This document shows, piece by piece, positions 18,091 through 26,748 of a DNA stretch of 64,000 nucleotides (the first letter of the stretch is position 1; each line of letters starts with the position of its first letter). The notes below the pieces were generated by a model. It did no database searches, was not told the DNA's origin, and saw nothing but the letters and a program-made list of their open reading frames with translations. Origin of the DNA: an uncultured Anaerolineaceae bacterium (GTDB lineage: Bacteria > Chloroflexota > Anaerolineae > Anaerolineales > UBA4823); the NCBI GenBank assembly GCA_964606085.1, contig CAZSFD010000007.1, positions 27,234 to 91,233 on the forward strand, written 5' to 3'. The position numbers were made by a program, and so were the translations under genes.

Positions 18091-19188
18091 ATGAAAAAAA
18101 TCAAAGATGAATCAGTAGTTGTATATTCCAGTGAACGCCCTGCAAATATGCCTTATTGGAATGAGATCGTTTGTGGTGACAGCGCCGAATTGCTTAAGCA
18201 AATTCCAGACGATAGCATTGATCTCATTATTACATCGCCACCCTATTTCCAACAACGCGAATATGATGGCGGCGGCATTGGCAATGAAAAAAAAACAGAT
18301 GACTATATCACTGCTTTGTTGGGAATTTTTCGTCAATGCGTACGAACAATAAAGTCTACAAGAAGCATTGTTTTTAATGTCGGGGATAAGTATGAAGATA
18401 GCAGTTTGTTACTCATGCCTTATCGTTTTGCCATTGCAGCGACAGAACAATGTGGTGTCAGTTTGGTCAACCATGTTACATGGGTCAAAACAAACCCAAC
18501 CCCTCGCCAATTCAGACGGCGTTTGGTTAGCAGCACTGAACCATTTTTCCATTTCGTTAAGTCACAAAACTACCAGTATGACATTGACGAGTTTCTCAGA
18601 CCCCTTGATGAAGTGAAACCCAATGGAAATGGGAATGGCAATGGCGCTGGTGAAAACATCGGTAAAAAATACTTTTCGTTGATTGAGCAATCTAACCTGA
18701 CCATGCCACAAAAAGAAATGGCACGCGGCGCATTGGAAAACGTCATTGAAGAAGTTCGCATAGGCGAAATTCAAGGATTCCGAATGAAAATCCGCGGTAT
18801 TCACTCGGAACCATTTGGCGGGCAAGATGGCGGCAGAAAAATCCAGCTTGATAAAAATGGCTTTACCATCATACGCATTCATGGCAATCCGTTGAAAAAA
18901 GATACCATTATCACACCGGTCGAATCACTCAAAAACTGCCCGCACCCTGCGATATACCCGGTAAAAATCGTGGAAGAATTTATTAAATTATTAACTCGGC
19001 GAGGCGATATTGTGCTTGATCCATTTGTCGGGTCAGGCTCAACGGCGGTGGCTGCATTTCAGACCGAAAGAATGTATATCGGATTTGACATCAGCGAGGA
19101 ATACTGCACATACGCCCGAAACCGCTTGCGAAATACAAAACACCAATTGTCATTGTGGGAGAAAAACAATGCCGCAGACACCGATTGA
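18091..19188 (+). CDS. Beta-class N4/N6 DNA methyltransferase (SPPY type, m4C suspected)
   Basis: Motif IV IITSPPY is N-terminal and motif I LDPFVGSGST is C-terminal, which is the beta permutation. Coding sequence is AT-rich compared with the flanks. Confidence 0.9.
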   Translation: MKKIKDESVVVYSSERPANMPYWNEIVCGDSAELLKQIPDDSIDLIITSPPYFQQREYDGGGIGNEKKTDDYITALLGIFRQCVRTIKSTRSIVFNVGDKYEDSSLLLMPYRFAIAATEQCGVSLVNHVTWVKTNPTPRQFRRRLVSSTEPFFHFVKSQNYQYDIDEFLRPLDEVKPNGNGNGNGAGENIGKKYFSLIEQSNLTMPQKEMARGALENVIEEVRIGEIQGFRMKIRGIHSEPFGGQDGGRKIQLDKNGFTIIRIHGNPLKKDTIITPVESLKNCPHPAIYPVKIVEEFIKLLTRRGDIVLDPFVGSGSTAVAAFQTERMYIGFDISEEYCTYARNRLRNTKHQLSLWEKNNAADTD

Positions 19189-20314
19189 AATTTTAGAAAC
19201 CGCTTATGGGCAAGCCCAGAAACAAGCACTAAACGATCTCGTTTTGGCCTTGCCTGACGATTGCGCCCAAAATTTGAAGCTTATTATCGAAAAAGCAGAT
19301 GCACAAAAAGCAGTGTTAGGGGTTGTACTCACCTCGCTGGTACACAAAATTTATGAACCATCACAAGATGTTCGCTATCATCAGGATGGCATGGATCAAG
19401 GATATGCTGGCAGAACCTTTGATACGAAATACATCACACCATTTTTGCAAGAGCGATTTCCACACTTTGCAATGGCTGAAAGTGCCTGGTTAACCAGATC
19501 GCTGAAGCAGCCCCACCCTTACACATTCGATTATCCGGGGAAAATTCGCAATAGACTTTTGAAATCGGCTTTCCTCAGTATATTAGATCAAGTTGAGACA
19601 AATGCTGAACTTGCTCCCCAGTTGCTGATAGCTTTATTGGGCCTGATGCGGCAGAAATCAGCAATAGATGAAAACCTGTTTGAAAAAGTGCAAGTGCCTG
19701 GCAGGTTGACAATCTCTCGAATCATTGACGCGATTGTTCAGCATATTTATTACCGTTATCAAAAAGGGGTCGTTGGAACGGCCCGACTTCCAGTTCTGGC
19801 AATTTACGCAGTTTATCAACTCATTTTGTCAGACACGAATCGCTACCATGGCAAAACCCTTGCCCCGCTCACCGCACACACCAGTTCCGATTCGCGTTCA
19901 CAATCCCTGGGAGACATCGAAATTCTTAACCCCGATGGTTCCTGTTTCGAGGCCATCGAGATCAAACACAACAAGCCGATCACGGTGGGCATGGTTGGGG
20001 TGGCCTACCGCAAAATCAAGCCCACCCAGCTTGACCGCTACTATATCCTGACGACCAACGATCCTAATTTTGATGATTACCCCGCCATCGCACAGAAAAT
20101 TGAAGCCTATAAGCGGGTACATCCGTGCCAGATTGTGGTCAATGGGGTTGTGCCATCGCTGAAATACTATTTGCGCCTATTGAGCAACCCACCCGGCTTC
20201 ATTGAAGCATACACCCAACAACTCCAAATGGAATACCAACGCGCCAGCGGCATCAAAGGGGAACATTTGCAAGCCTGGCAAAATATCTGCCGGGACGCGC
20301 TGACTCTGGCATAG
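19169..20314 (+). CDS. Type II restriction endonuclease candidate (PD-(D/E)XK)
   Basis: Overlaps the methyltransferase stop by 20 nt and shares its AT-rich composition. GDIEILNPDGSCFEAIEIKH gives D...E-x-K. The N-terminal part (HQDGMDQGYAGRTFDTKYITPFL, AESAWLTRSL) recalls BsuBI/PstI-type enzymes from memory only. Confidence 0.6.
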   Translation: MPQTPIEILETAYGQAQKQALNDLVLALPDDCAQNLKLIIEKADAQKAVLGVVLTSLVHKIYEPSQDVRYHQDGMDQGYAGRTFDTKYITPFLQERFPHFAMAESAWLTRSLKQPHPYTFDYPGKIRNRLLKSAFLSILDQVETNAELAPQLLIALLGLMRQKSAIDENLFEKVQVPGRLTISRIIDAIVQHIYYRYQKGVVGTARLPVLAIYAVYQLILSDTNRYHGKTLAPLTAHTSSDSRSQSLGDIEILNPDGSCFEAIEIKHNKPITVGMVGVAYRKIKPTQLDRYYILTTNDPNFDDYPAIAQKIEAYKRVHPCQIVVNGVVPSLKYYLRLLSNPPGFIEAYTQQLQMEYQRASGIKGEHLQAWQNICRDALTLA

Positions 20315-20318
20315 CGGC

Positions 20319-21296
20319 ATGGTGAAATTGAAGCCAGTGCGCGCCTGGTTGGTTTTGCCCCTGCTGATGGGGCTTGCGGCCTGTGCGCCAGGCTTAATCG
20401 CTACGCCAACGGTAAATTCCCCGATCACCCGGCAAGCCAACCTCACACCTACTTCGCCACCAACAACCATAACACCCACCCTCGCCTCAACTTACAGGGT
20501 CAGTGCTACGCCGGACGTGTCCCGCTCACACACCCCATCCACCACGGTCACGCCCGCTTTGCCCCCCACGCCCACCCGCGCAGCCTGCCTCGACCAGGGC
20601 GGACAGATGCAGGTGGCCCAAGTCGAAACCGACCTCCTGCCCCACCCGCTCGATTACCGCATCTACACGCCCCCCTGTTACACCCAACACACCACCACCC
20701 GTTACCCGGTGCTTTACCTCATCCACGGCCAATCCTTCGATGATTCGCAATGGGAGCGCCTCGGCATGGGCCAAGCCGCCGACCGCCTGATCGCCGCCGG
20801 CGAAATCGCCCCGCTGATCATCGTCATGCCGCGCGACCGCTTCTGGACGCAGCCCAGCCAGGATCGCTTCGGCGACGCCATGATGGAAGTGCTGATCCCG
20901 CTCGTAGACGAAACCTATCGCACCCGACCCGAACGTGAGCAGCGCGCCATTGGCGGCCTGTCGCGCGGCGGCTCGTGGGCGCTGCACCTCGGCACACGCT
21001 ATTGGCAATCTTTCTCGGCCATCGGTGCCCACAGCGCCGCCATTTTCTGGGAAGACGCCCCCACCATACGCGGCTGGCTCGAAGCCATCCCGCCCGATCA
21101 GATGCCGCGCATCTACCTCGATGTGAGCAGCAACGACCGCCCCGAAATCAGCGAGTCCGCCCTCGGCATCGAACGCACCCTCACCCGCCTGGGCATCGCC
21201 CACGAGTTTTACCTTTTCCAGGGCTACCACGAGGAAGCCTATTGGAGCGCCCATGTGGAGCAGTACCTTCGCTGGTATGCGGCAGAATGGAAGTAA
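20319..21296 (+). CDS. Lipoprotein esterase (alpha/beta hydrolase, putative-esterase family)
   Basis: Signal peptide with lipobox LAAC and a Thr/Pro-rich linker. Also YPVLYLIHG and GGLSRGG (GxSxG). Confidence 0.75.
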   Translation: MVKLKPVRAWLVLPLLMGLAACAPGLIATPTVNSPITRQANLTPTSPPTTITPTLASTYRVSATPDVSRSHTPSTTVTPALPPTPTRAACLDQGGQMQVAQVETDLLPHPLDYRIYTPPCYTQHTTTRYPVLYLIHGQSFDDSQWERLGMGQAADRLIAAGEIAPLIIVMPRDRFWTQPSQDRFGDAMMEVLIPLVDETYRTRPEREQRAIGGLSRGGSWALHLGTRYWQSFSAIGAHSAAIFWEDAPTIRGWLEAIPPDQMPRIYLDVSSNDRPEISESALGIERTLTRLGIAHEFYLFQGYHEEAYWSAHVEQYLRWYAAEWK

Positions 21297-21320
21297 ATCA
21301 AAAAAGGTATAATCGCCCCC

Positions 21321-21605
21321 ATGACCACCATCACCCCCTCCCAAGTCCAACACATTGCCCACCTGGCACGCCTCGAATTGACCGAAGATGAAGTGGCCCA
21401 GTACAGCCAGCAGCTTTCGGCCATCCTCGAACACTTTTCGCGCCTGCAAACGCTCGATGTCAGCGCCACCGCGGCCAGTGACTCTTTGCCGCCAACGCCC
21501 CTGCGCCCAGATGTCGCTCGCCCCAGCCTGCCCCGCCAGGCCATCCTGCGCAACGCCCCCGCCGTCGAAGGCGAACAGTTCCGCGTGCCACCGGTGTTTG
21601 AATGA
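21321..21605 (+). CDS. gatC: Asp/Glu-tRNA amidotransferase subunit C
   Basis: VQHIAHLARLELTEDEV...SAILEHFSRL. ATGA overlap with gatA. Confidence 0.9.
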   Translation: MTTITPSQVQHIAHLARLELTEDEVAQYSQQLSAILEHFSRLQTLDVSATAASDSLPPTPLRPDVARPSLPRQAILRNAPAVEGEQFRVPPVFE

Positions 21606-23062
21606 TGACCCTCACCGCCTCCATCACATCCCTCCGCCGCGGCGAAATTTCCAGCCGCGAATTGACCCAGGCCAGCCTGGATCAGATCGAGCGCCGCGAC
21701 CCATCGCTGCATGCCTTTCTCAACGTGGCCGCCGAAAGCGCCCTGGCCCAGGCAGATGAAGCCGACCGCCAATTGGCCGCCTGGCGCGCAGACCCCACCG
21801 GCGAACTGCCGCCCTTGCTCGGCGTGCCGCTGGCGGTCAAGGATGTCATCTGCGTCAAAGACCTGCCCTGCACTTGCGGCTCGCGCATCCTCGAGAACTT
21901 TGTGCCGCCCTATGATGCCACCGCAGTCACCAGGCTGCGCCAGGCCGGGGCCGTGTTCGTTGGCAAGACCAACACCGATGAGTTTGCGATGGGTTCTTCC
22001 ACCGAAAATTCGGCATATGGCGTAACGCACAATCCCTGGGATGTGACCCGCGTCCCCGGCGGTTCGAGCGGCGGCAGCGCGGCGGCGGTGGCCGCCCGCA
22101 TGGTGCCCGCCGCCCTCGGCAGCGATACGGGCGGCAGCGTGCGCCAGCCGGCCTCCTTCTGCGGTGTGACCGGGCTGAAGCCCACCTATGGGCGTGTCTC
22201 CCGCTATGGGTTGGTGGCCTACGGTTCATCGCTGGATTGTATCGGCCCGTTGGCGCAAACCGCTGAAGATGCGGCGCTGCTGCTCTCCGTCATCGCCGGG
22301 CGTGACCCGCTGGATATGACCACGCCCAACGTGCCAGTAACGCCGGTTAACCTGTCTAATGCTGCCTCGCTGGCCGGATTGCGTGTGGGCGTGCCAGAAG
22401 AATACTTCATCGCCGGCATTCAGCCCGATGTCGAGGCTGCCGTGCGCCAGGCCATCGGCGTGCTGGAAAGCCTGGGGGCGCAGGTGATCCCCATTCGCCT
22501 GCCACACACCGAGTATGCCGTGCCGGTTTACTACCTCATCGCCCCCGCCGAGGCTTCGGCTAACCTGGCGCGCTTCGATGGCATCCGCTATGGGCCGCGC
22601 GCCGCTGGCGATGGGCTGTGGGATGTCTTCCGCAACACGCGCGGCGAGAAGTTTGGCGCGGAAGTCAAGCGCCGCATTATGCTCGGCACGTATGCGCTTT
22701 CCGCCGGGTATTACGATGCCTACTATGGCCAGGCCCAAAAAGTGCGGGCGCTGATCCAACAAGATTTTCGCAACGCTTTCGCGCAGGTGGATGTGATCGC
22801 CTCGCCGGTGGCCCCCACCACGGCCTTCAAAATCGGCGCGCACGGCGATGACCCGCTGGCGATGTACCTCGAAGACGTGTTCACGCTGCCCGCTAACCTG
22901 GCCGGCGTGCCGGGCATTTCCTTCCCGGTTGGGTTTGATGCGCTGGGCCTGCCGATTGGGATGCAACTCATGGCTGCCCACTTCGGCGAAGATTTGCTGC
23001 TGCAAGCGGCGCACGCCTACCAGCAGGTGACCGATTGGCACACAAAAGCGCCTGCGGTCTGA
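21602..23062 (+). CDS. gatA: Asp/Glu-tRNA amidotransferase subunit A
   Basis: Amidase signature GGSSGGSAAAVAA, with KDV..V.. and TNTDEFAMGSS. Confidence 0.95.
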   Translation: MMTLTASITSLRRGEISSRELTQASLDQIERRDPSLHAFLNVAAESALAQADEADRQLAAWRADPTGELPPLLGVPLAVKDVICVKDLPCTCGSRILENFVPPYDATAVTRLRQAGAVFVGKTNTDEFAMGSSTENSAYGVTHNPWDVTRVPGGSSGGSAAAVAARMVPAALGSDTGGSVRQPASFCGVTGLKPTYGRVSRYGLVAYGSSLDCIGPLAQTAEDAALLLSVIAGRDPLDMTTPNVPVTPVNLSNAASLAGLRVGVPEEYFIAGIQPDVEAAVRQAIGVLESLGAQVIPIRLPHTEYAVPVYYLIAPAEASANLARFDGIRYGPRAAGDGLWDVFRNTRGEKFGAEVKRRIMLGTYALSAGYYDAYYGQAQKVRALIQQDFRNAFAQVDVIASPVAPTTAFKIGAHGDDPLAMYLEDVFTLPANLAGVPGISFPVGFDALGLPIGMQLMAAHFGEDLLLQAAHAYQQVTDWHTKAPAV

Positions 23063-23077
23063 TTGCTGGCCGCTACT

Positions 23078-23158
23078 GCGTCGGATGAATCCGACGCCTG
23101 CTCCTAAAAACCCGCTTAAGCGGGTTTAAATGCGCTCAAACGCCGATTTCAATCGGCG
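23078..23158. repeat. Three consecutive short perfect hairpins with 4-nt loops
   Basis: gcgtcgga-tgaa-tccgacgc (23078-97), aaacccgc-ttaa-gcgggttt (23108-27), cgccgat-ttca-atcggcg (23141-58). Confidence 0.8.
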
Positions 23159-23175
23159 GCAAAGGGGTGTTCACG

Positions 23176-24795
23176 ATGCCCTCGCACTTCTCCATTCCCG
23201 AAATTTTGCATCTGCTTGAGCGCGCCAATAACATCGCCAGCACTTCACAGCTCGAAGCGCTGCTCGAACGGATGCTCGATTTGATGCTCGAAGTGTGCGC
23301 GGCCGATAGCGGCACACTCTACCTGCTCGATGGCGACGAATTGGAGTTTCGCCTGGTACGCGGCAAAAGCCGCGAACGCCTGCAAGGGCAGCGCATCCCC
23401 AAAGAGACCGGCATCGTGGGGGCCACCTTGCGCGAAGGTCACGCCATCGAAGTGACCGACATCGTCAAAGACCCGCGTTGGGCCGGCGGCCCGGCGGGGA
23501 CCGATTCGCACAAATTACGCAAGGTCATCTCCTTCCCGCTGTTGTTACGCGGCGAGCCAGTGGGCGTGGTGCAACTCTTCAACTACGCATGGCCCGAACT
23601 GGCCATTGTCCAATTGCTCGGCAACCGCATGGCCTCCGAGCTGGAGCAGGCCCAATTGCTCGAAGCCAGCCGCGCCTACGGGCAGCGCCTCGAAGCGCTG
23701 GTCTCCATCATCCGCGAGATCAGTTCCAGCCTCGACCGCAGCAATATCTTGCAGATGATCATCGAATATGCCTGCCTGCTGCTGCGCGCCGACGTTGGCT
23801 CGCTCTTCATGCTGGATGAAGATACCGGCGAACTGGTCATTCAACAGGCGTCTAAAGATCAACAGACACTGCTTTACGGCCTGCGCGTACCGCCTGGCAG
23901 GGGCATCATCGGCCACGTCGTGCGAAACGGCAAGACGGTCATCGTCGCCGACGCCTCGCAAGACCCGCGGCATTATCCCGTCATTGATGAAATCACCGGC
24001 TACACCACCCGTTCGCTGATGGCCGTTCCGCTGCGCACGCAGCGCATCAACCTGGGCGCCGAACGCGGCGATTTCGAGCAGCGCATCATCGGCGGGCTGG
24101 AAGTGCTCAACAAAAAAACGGGAGTATTTACCCAGCAAGATGCCCGCCTGTTCGAGACGCTGGCCAACCAGGCCGCCACCGTGCTGCAAATTGTGGCGCT
24201 CTACCAGAACACCGAAGAACTCTTCCTCGACGTGATCCGCGTCATCTCGGCGGCCATAGATGCCAAAGACCCCTACACCGAAGGCCACTCGCAGCGCGTC
24301 TCCGATTTCGCCGTGGCCGTGGCCCGCGAAATGAACCTGCCCGCCGAAACGCTCCACCACATCCGCATTGCCGGGCTGCTGCACGACGTGGGCAAAATTG
24401 GCATCCCCGACAATATTTTGAACAAACCCGGCTCGCTGACCGGCGAGGAATATGGCGAAATGAAAAAACACCCCGCTATCGGCGCTCACATCATGGGCGG
24501 GGTGCGCATGTTGCAAACCGAGTTGGAAGGCATCTCGCAGCATCACGAGCGGCTCAGCGGCGCAGGCTACCCCCTGGGGCTGAAAAACGTTTCGCTGGTG
24601 GGACGCATCATCGCCGTAGCCGACATCTTCGACGCCGCCACCTCCGACCGCCCCTATCACCAGGCCGCCGATGTGCAAGATGCCTTCGCCCAGTTGATCG
24701 ATCAGGCTGGCATCCACCTGGACGAAGCCTGCGTTTACGCCCTGATGCGCGCCTACGCCAAAAATGATATTCACACCCAAAAGGAAACTCAATGA
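23176..24795 (+). CDS. GAF-GAF-HD-GYP domain protein (c-di-GMP phosphodiesterase family)
   Basis: Two GAF-like regions are followed by HSQRV...LLHDVGKIGIP...HHERLSGAGYP. ATG 23176 has AAAGGGG upstream. Confidence 0.85.
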   Translation: MPSHFSIPEILHLLERANNIASTSQLEALLERMLDLMLEVCAADSGTLYLLDGDELEFRLVRGKSRERLQGQRIPKETGIVGATLREGHAIEVTDIVKDPRWAGGPAGTDSHKLRKVISFPLLLRGEPVGVVQLFNYAWPELAIVQLLGNRMASELEQAQLLEASRAYGQRLEALVSIIREISSSLDRSNILQMIIEYACLLLRADVGSLFMLDEDTGELVIQQASKDQQTLLYGLRVPPGRGIIGHVVRNGKTVIVADASQDPRHYPVIDEITGYTTRSLMAVPLRTQRINLGAERGDFEQRIIGGLEVLNKKTGVFTQQDARLFETLANQAATVLQIVALYQNTEELFLDVIRVISAAIDAKDPYTEGHSQRVSDFAVAVAREMNLPAETLHHIRIAGLLHDVGKIGIPDNILNKPGSLTGEEYGEMKKHPAIGAHIMGGVRMLQTELEGISQHHERLSGAGYPLGLKNVSLVGRIIAVADIFDAATSDRPYHQAADVQDAFAQLIDQAGIHLDEACVYALMRAYAKNDIHTQKETQ

Positions 24796-26480
24796 CCCTC
24801 CCCGCTCTCGCCACCGATTTTATGGACTGGCCCTGGTCGCAGATCGAACCACACGTGGCCGCGCTGCTCGCCCGCCCGCTTTCCGCCGCCACCGTCAACG
24901 ATTGGCTGGCCGATTGGTCACACCTGGCAGCCCTGATCTACGAACGCTACCAACGCCTCTACGTCGCCAGCACCGTCAACACCGCCGACCCCGCCACCGA
25001 CCGCGCCTACCAGCAATTCCTCGACGAAATCTACCCCCAGGCCCAGGAAGCCGACCAACGCCTGAAACAAAAACTGCTCGCCAGCGGCCTGCAACCGGCT
25101 GGCTTCGCCATCCCCCTGCGCAACTTGAAAACCGAAGCCGACCTGTTCCGCCAGGCCAATCTGCCCCTGCTCAGCCAGGAATTACAACTCGCCAACGAAT
25201 ACGACAAAATCAGCGGGGCGCAAACGGTGGATTGGCACGGGGCTGAGTTGACGATCTCACAGCTTGGCCCCTTCGCCCGCGACCCCCACCGCCCCACACG
25301 CGAGACGGCCTGGCGTCGCGCCGCAGAACGCCAGTTGGCCGACCGCCAGGCGTTCAACGACCTGTGGCAGCGCTTCATGGACGTGCGCTGCCAACTGGCT
25401 GCCAACGCCGAACGCCCCGATTACCGCGCCTACCGCTGGCAGCAAATGCTGCGCTTCGATTACACCCCCGCCGATTGCACCACCTTCCACAACGCCATCG
25501 AAAAAGTCGTCGTCCCGGCGGTGCGCAGGTTACACGAAAAGCGCCGCCAGCAGCTTGGCGTGGAGGCCCTGCGCCCGTGGGATTTGCTCGTAGACCCGCT
25601 GTCGCGCCCCGCCCTGCGGCCCTACCAGCACATCGCAGAACTTGAAAACGGCGCCGAGGCCATCTTCCGCCAGGTAGACCCCGCCCTGGCCGAATACTTC
25701 GCCATCATGCGCGGCGAAAACCTGCTCGACCTCGACAATCGCAAGAACAAAGCCCCCGGCGGCTACTGCACCGATTACCCCGTAGCCAAGCGCGCCTTCA
25801 TCTTCGCCAACTCGGTTGGCCTGCACGAAGATGTCCAAACCCTGCTGCACGAGGGCGGCCACGCCTTCCACGCCTTCGAGAGCGCCCCCCTGCCCTATTT
25901 CCAGCAGAAACAGGTGCCGCTCGAATTTGCCGAGGTGGCCTCGATGGGCATGGAACTGCTCTCCGCCCCCTACCTGGCCGGCACCTTCTACACCCCCGAA
26001 GATGCCAACCGCGCCCTGGCCGAACACCTGGAAGAGATGCTGTCCTTCTGGCCCTACATGGCCGTGGTAGATGCCTTCCAGCACTGGGCCTACCAAAACC
26101 CCGCCGCCGCCCGCCTCCCCGCCGAATGCGACGCCTGCTGGACATCTCTATGGCAGCGCTTCATGGTCGGCGTAGATTACAGCGGCTTCGAAGATTGGGT
26201 GGCCACCGGCTGGCAGCGCAAACTGCACATTTCGCAGGTGCCGTTTTACTACATCGAATACGGCCTGGCACAACTGGGCGCGCTGCAAATCTACCGCAAC
26301 GCCCAGGGCGGCAATGCCGCAGACCAGGCCGGCGCGGTGGCCGCCTACCGCCGGGCGCTCTCCCTCGGCGGCACGGTCACGCTGCCGGAGATGTACGCCG
26401 CGGCGGGGGCGAAGTTTGCTTTTGATGAGCAGACGTTGGGGGAGGTTGTGGGGGTGATCGAGGCGAAGCTAAACGGGTAG
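24792..26480 (+). CDS. M3-family oligoendopeptidase (PepF-like)
   Basis: HEGGHAFH zinc motif, about 560 aa. ATGA overlap with the upstream gene. Confidence 0.85.
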   Translation: MTLPALATDFMDWPWSQIEPHVAALLARPLSAATVNDWLADWSHLAALIYERYQRLYVASTVNTADPATDRAYQQFLDEIYPQAQEADQRLKQKLLASGLQPAGFAIPLRNLKTEADLFRQANLPLLSQELQLANEYDKISGAQTVDWHGAELTISQLGPFARDPHRPTRETAWRRAAERQLADRQAFNDLWQRFMDVRCQLAANAERPDYRAYRWQQMLRFDYTPADCTTFHNAIEKVVVPAVRRLHEKRRQQLGVEALRPWDLLVDPLSRPALRPYQHIAELENGAEAIFRQVDPALAEYFAIMRGENLLDLDNRKNKAPGGYCTDYPVAKRAFIFANSVGLHEDVQTLLHEGGHAFHAFESAPLPYFQQKQVPLEFAEVASMGMELLSAPYLAGTFYTPEDANRALAEHLEEMLSFWPYMAVVDAFQHWAYQNPAAARLPAECDACWTSLWQRFMVGVDYSGFEDWVATGWQRKLHISQVPFYYIEYGLAQLGALQIYRNAQGGNAADQAGAVAAYRRALSLGGTVTLPEMYAAAGAKFAFDEQTLGEVVGVIEAKLNG

Positions 26481-26490
26481 CAGGGCGCCT

Positions 26491-26529
26491 GAGCGTGTTC
26501 TGCCTGGATATTCCAGGCAGAACACGCTC
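26491..26529 (+). terminator. 18-bp perfect hairpin after the pepF-like gene
   Basis: gagcgtgttctgcctgga / tccaggcagaacacgctc with a 3-nt loop. There is no clear T tract afterwards. Confidence 0.5.
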
Positions 26530-26558
26530 ATAACACGGCTGAGGGGGTTTTCTTCAGC

Positions 26559-26576
26559 TTGTGATTAATTTCACTA
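26559..26576. promoter_or_regulatory. Rex/CRP-type palindrome TTGTGA-N6-TCACTA upstream of ndh
   Basis: TTGTGATTAATTTCACTA. Compare the recalled Rex box TTGTGAA-N4-TTCACAA and CRP core TGTGA-N6-TCACA. A second half-site TTCACAA lies at 26611-17. Confidence 0.35.
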
Positions 26577-26600
26577 ATCCTATCCAAATTGTCGCTTATT

Positions 26601-26609
26601 TGTTATAAT
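26601..26609 (+). promoter_or_regulatory. Extended -10 element (TGtTATAAT) for ndh
   Basis: TGTTATAAT at 26601-09, about 140 nt before ATG 26749. Confidence 0.4.
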
Positions 26610-26748
26610 TTTCACAATCGAGTTTGGCCGGGTGACATCCGCTCCGCGCGGTGTCACCCGCATCGGGCGCCCCGTGTCCAATCTGACGCGGAGCGTCAAC
26701 CAGCCTTGACACCGTGGAACGGTGTCAAGAGAAGGAATGAGGTATCCC

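Noticed and set aside
19010-19168. N-terminal extension of the restriction-enzyme ORF given by the ORF track
   Set aside because: The extension lies entirely within the methyltransferase coding region in another frame and translates to implausible sequence. ATG 19169 (MPQTPIEIL) gives a sensible N-terminus.
18063-20318. Calling the R-M island a mobile element
   Set aside because: No integrase, transposase, terminal inverted repeats or target-site duplication could be found. Only the compositional shift supports horizontal origin.
20526-24792. Long antisense ORFs (20526-21449, 21239-22030, 22226-23041, 23545-24792) opposite the esterase, gatC/gatA and the HD-GYP gene
   Set aside because: The sense strands carry unmistakable conserved proteins. 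These antisense translations are low-complexity and Gly/Arg/Ala-rich.
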